From Bdellovibrionales bacterium (GTDB lineage: Bacteria; Bdellovibrionota; Bdellovibrionia; Bdellovibrionales; DASUEL01): a stretch of 28,144 bases of DNA. The notes under the pieces are model-generated. The model did no database searches, was not told where the DNA came from, and saw only the letters and a list, made by a program, of their open reading frames with translations. Positions 27,023 through 28,144 of this stretch are shown piece by piece. Positions within the stretch are counted from its first letter, which is position 1; every line of letters begins with the position of its first letter. Location of the stretch: NCBI GenBank assembly GCA_050250255.1, contig JBFWOZ010000037.1:1-28144 (forward strand), written 5' to 3'. The position numbers and the translations under genes were made by a program.

Positions 27023-27700
27023 TTATTTAGCCTGCTTCGAAATATCTCTCGCAATTGCAAGCACAACCTCTGATGAGGGCCTTACTTTATAATTCGGGTT
27101 AACATAAGTAAAAGTAATCAATCCCTCTCGAGAGATGGCAAACAAACTGGGCACTGGTAAACCGTGATGAGTCTGTCCTGAAGAAGCTTCTAAGTCGATT
27201 TTATATCCTTTGTATTTCTCTACAGTTTCATCATCTACACGAAATGCAATTCCGAATGCTTTCGCAGCAACCATATCGCTATCAGAAACCAAGGTATAAT
27301 TTAGTTTGTGCTTACCTGTACTTTTGCTCAGCTCCTCGGGTCGGTCAGGTGATATAGCAATAATTTGCACCCCTAATTTTTGGATGTCTTTTTCTATTTT
27401 CTGTAAAGCCCCAAGCTGAAGGTTACAATAGGGACACCAACCTCCGCGATAAAATATCAATAGCGCGGGTTTGCCAGACAGCAGTTGACTGAGCTCAACA
27501 ACCTCTCCGCTCGTGTCTCGTAATTTCACGTTTGGAGTTTGGCTACCTACCAAAATCGGCTTAACCGCCTCAGCTGTTAGAGGCAATTCAAGAACAGGAT
27601 GGGGATCACTCTTTGTATCAACATTTTTATGAGCTGATGAGCACCCAATAAAAAGCAATAATAGTATGAGAGTTTTCAGAAAATGCATTTGTGATATCAT
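27023..27700 (-). CDS. Peroxiredoxin-like (AhpC/TSA) lipoprotein
   Basis: Lipobox-like LFIGC; FYRGGWCPYCNLQL, AISPD, LPVPS, NPNYKVR. Confidence 0.88.
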   Translation of the reverse strand: MISQMHFLKTLILLLLFIGCSSAHKNVDTKSDPHPVLELPLTAEAVKPILVGSQTPNVKLRDTSGEVVELSQLLSGKPALLIFYRGGWCPYCNLQLGALQKIEKDIQKLGVQIIAISPDRPEELSKSTGKHKLNYTLVSDSDMVAAKAFGIAFRVDDETVEKYKGYKIDLEASSGQTHHGLPVPSLFAISREGLITFTYVNPNYKVRPSSEVVLAIARDISKQAK

Positions 27701-27712
27701 ATTAATGCCCCC

Positions 27713-28144
27713 TTATTTATTTGATCTTATTTCTAATATGCCAAGACTTCCGATTTTAGCGAATAACTCTTGCGCTCTTAATGCAGTGACTTCCTCTACT
27801 GTAGCCAAAAACTCAATAGATTGAGCTATCGTACCACCACTCACCAAGGTTTTGAGAACTGCAAATTCATTAATGCCAAGATACTTAACAAAAACTTGAG
27901 ATTGAGACTTATATATCACGCTTCTTTCTAAATTTGAAAAATTGAGCTCTGTTATTTCCTCAATTTTCTCACGCCGGAGCTTCCAAATCTCATAGATCGA
28001 ATACTCACTTTCAAACAATCTTGCTGAAGACGAGAGTTTAAATCTAACCTCTGGGTTCTTTGCGATTTCGTTTTGTAAAAGCCCAGGCTCTTCAGCGAGA
28101 TTTGTCTGATGAAAGACTTCCTTAAAGGCCCATTCAAAAGTTGC
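27713..28144 (-). CDS. C-terminal part of a DUF2063/HvfC-BufC-like protein (5' end outside window)
   Basis: Frame stays open to the window edge: ATFEWAFKEVFH...FKLSSSARLFESEYSIYEIWK, resembling the LAxxEWA...SxYPxxxIW pattern. Confidence 0.6.
   Translation of the reverse strand, partial: ATFEWAFKEVFHQTNLAEEPGLLQNEIAKNPEVRFKLSSSARLFESEYSIYEIWKLRREKIEEITELNFSNLERSVIYKSQSQVFVKYLGINEFAVLKTLVSGGTIAQSIEFLATVEEVTALRAQELFAKIGSLGILEIRSNK

Overview
A 28 kb bacterial chromosomal window. Gene content and the many orphan secreted proteins suggest a Bdellovibrionota-like organism (inference only). About 1-23,250 is mostly housekeeping: nucleoside 2-deoxyribosyltransferase, two secreted orphans (one behind a near-consensus sigma-54 promoter), rlmL-fic-cdd, metH, NUDIX, amidase, rph-rdgB, an rpmB-rplX-nitrilase-small secreted protein-ETF:quinone oxidoreductase unit, a divergent stand-alone rpsR, a tldD-pmbA operon and a large outer-membrane beta-barrel. 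tRNA-Pro(UGG) at 23257-23333 is followed by att-like architecture (IHF-like box, palindrome, three TTGCTTCT repeats 11 bp apart). An accessory cargo follows: an unlisted 53-aa ORF, MFS, HxlR with twin operators, VOC, a two-domain TfoX, a peroxiredoxin-like lipoprotein and the 3' end of a DUF2063/HvfC-like gene that hints at an MNIO RiPP cluster beyond the window. The most striking unexplained element is a perfect 36-bp inverted repeat (14556-14651) that covers the ribosome-binding site of the small secreted-protein gene directly upstream of the ETF:QO gene. Also notable are the displaced, tail-extended ribosomal protein genes and four probable leaderless transcripts. All family assignments come from motif recognition by eye; no database searches were run.
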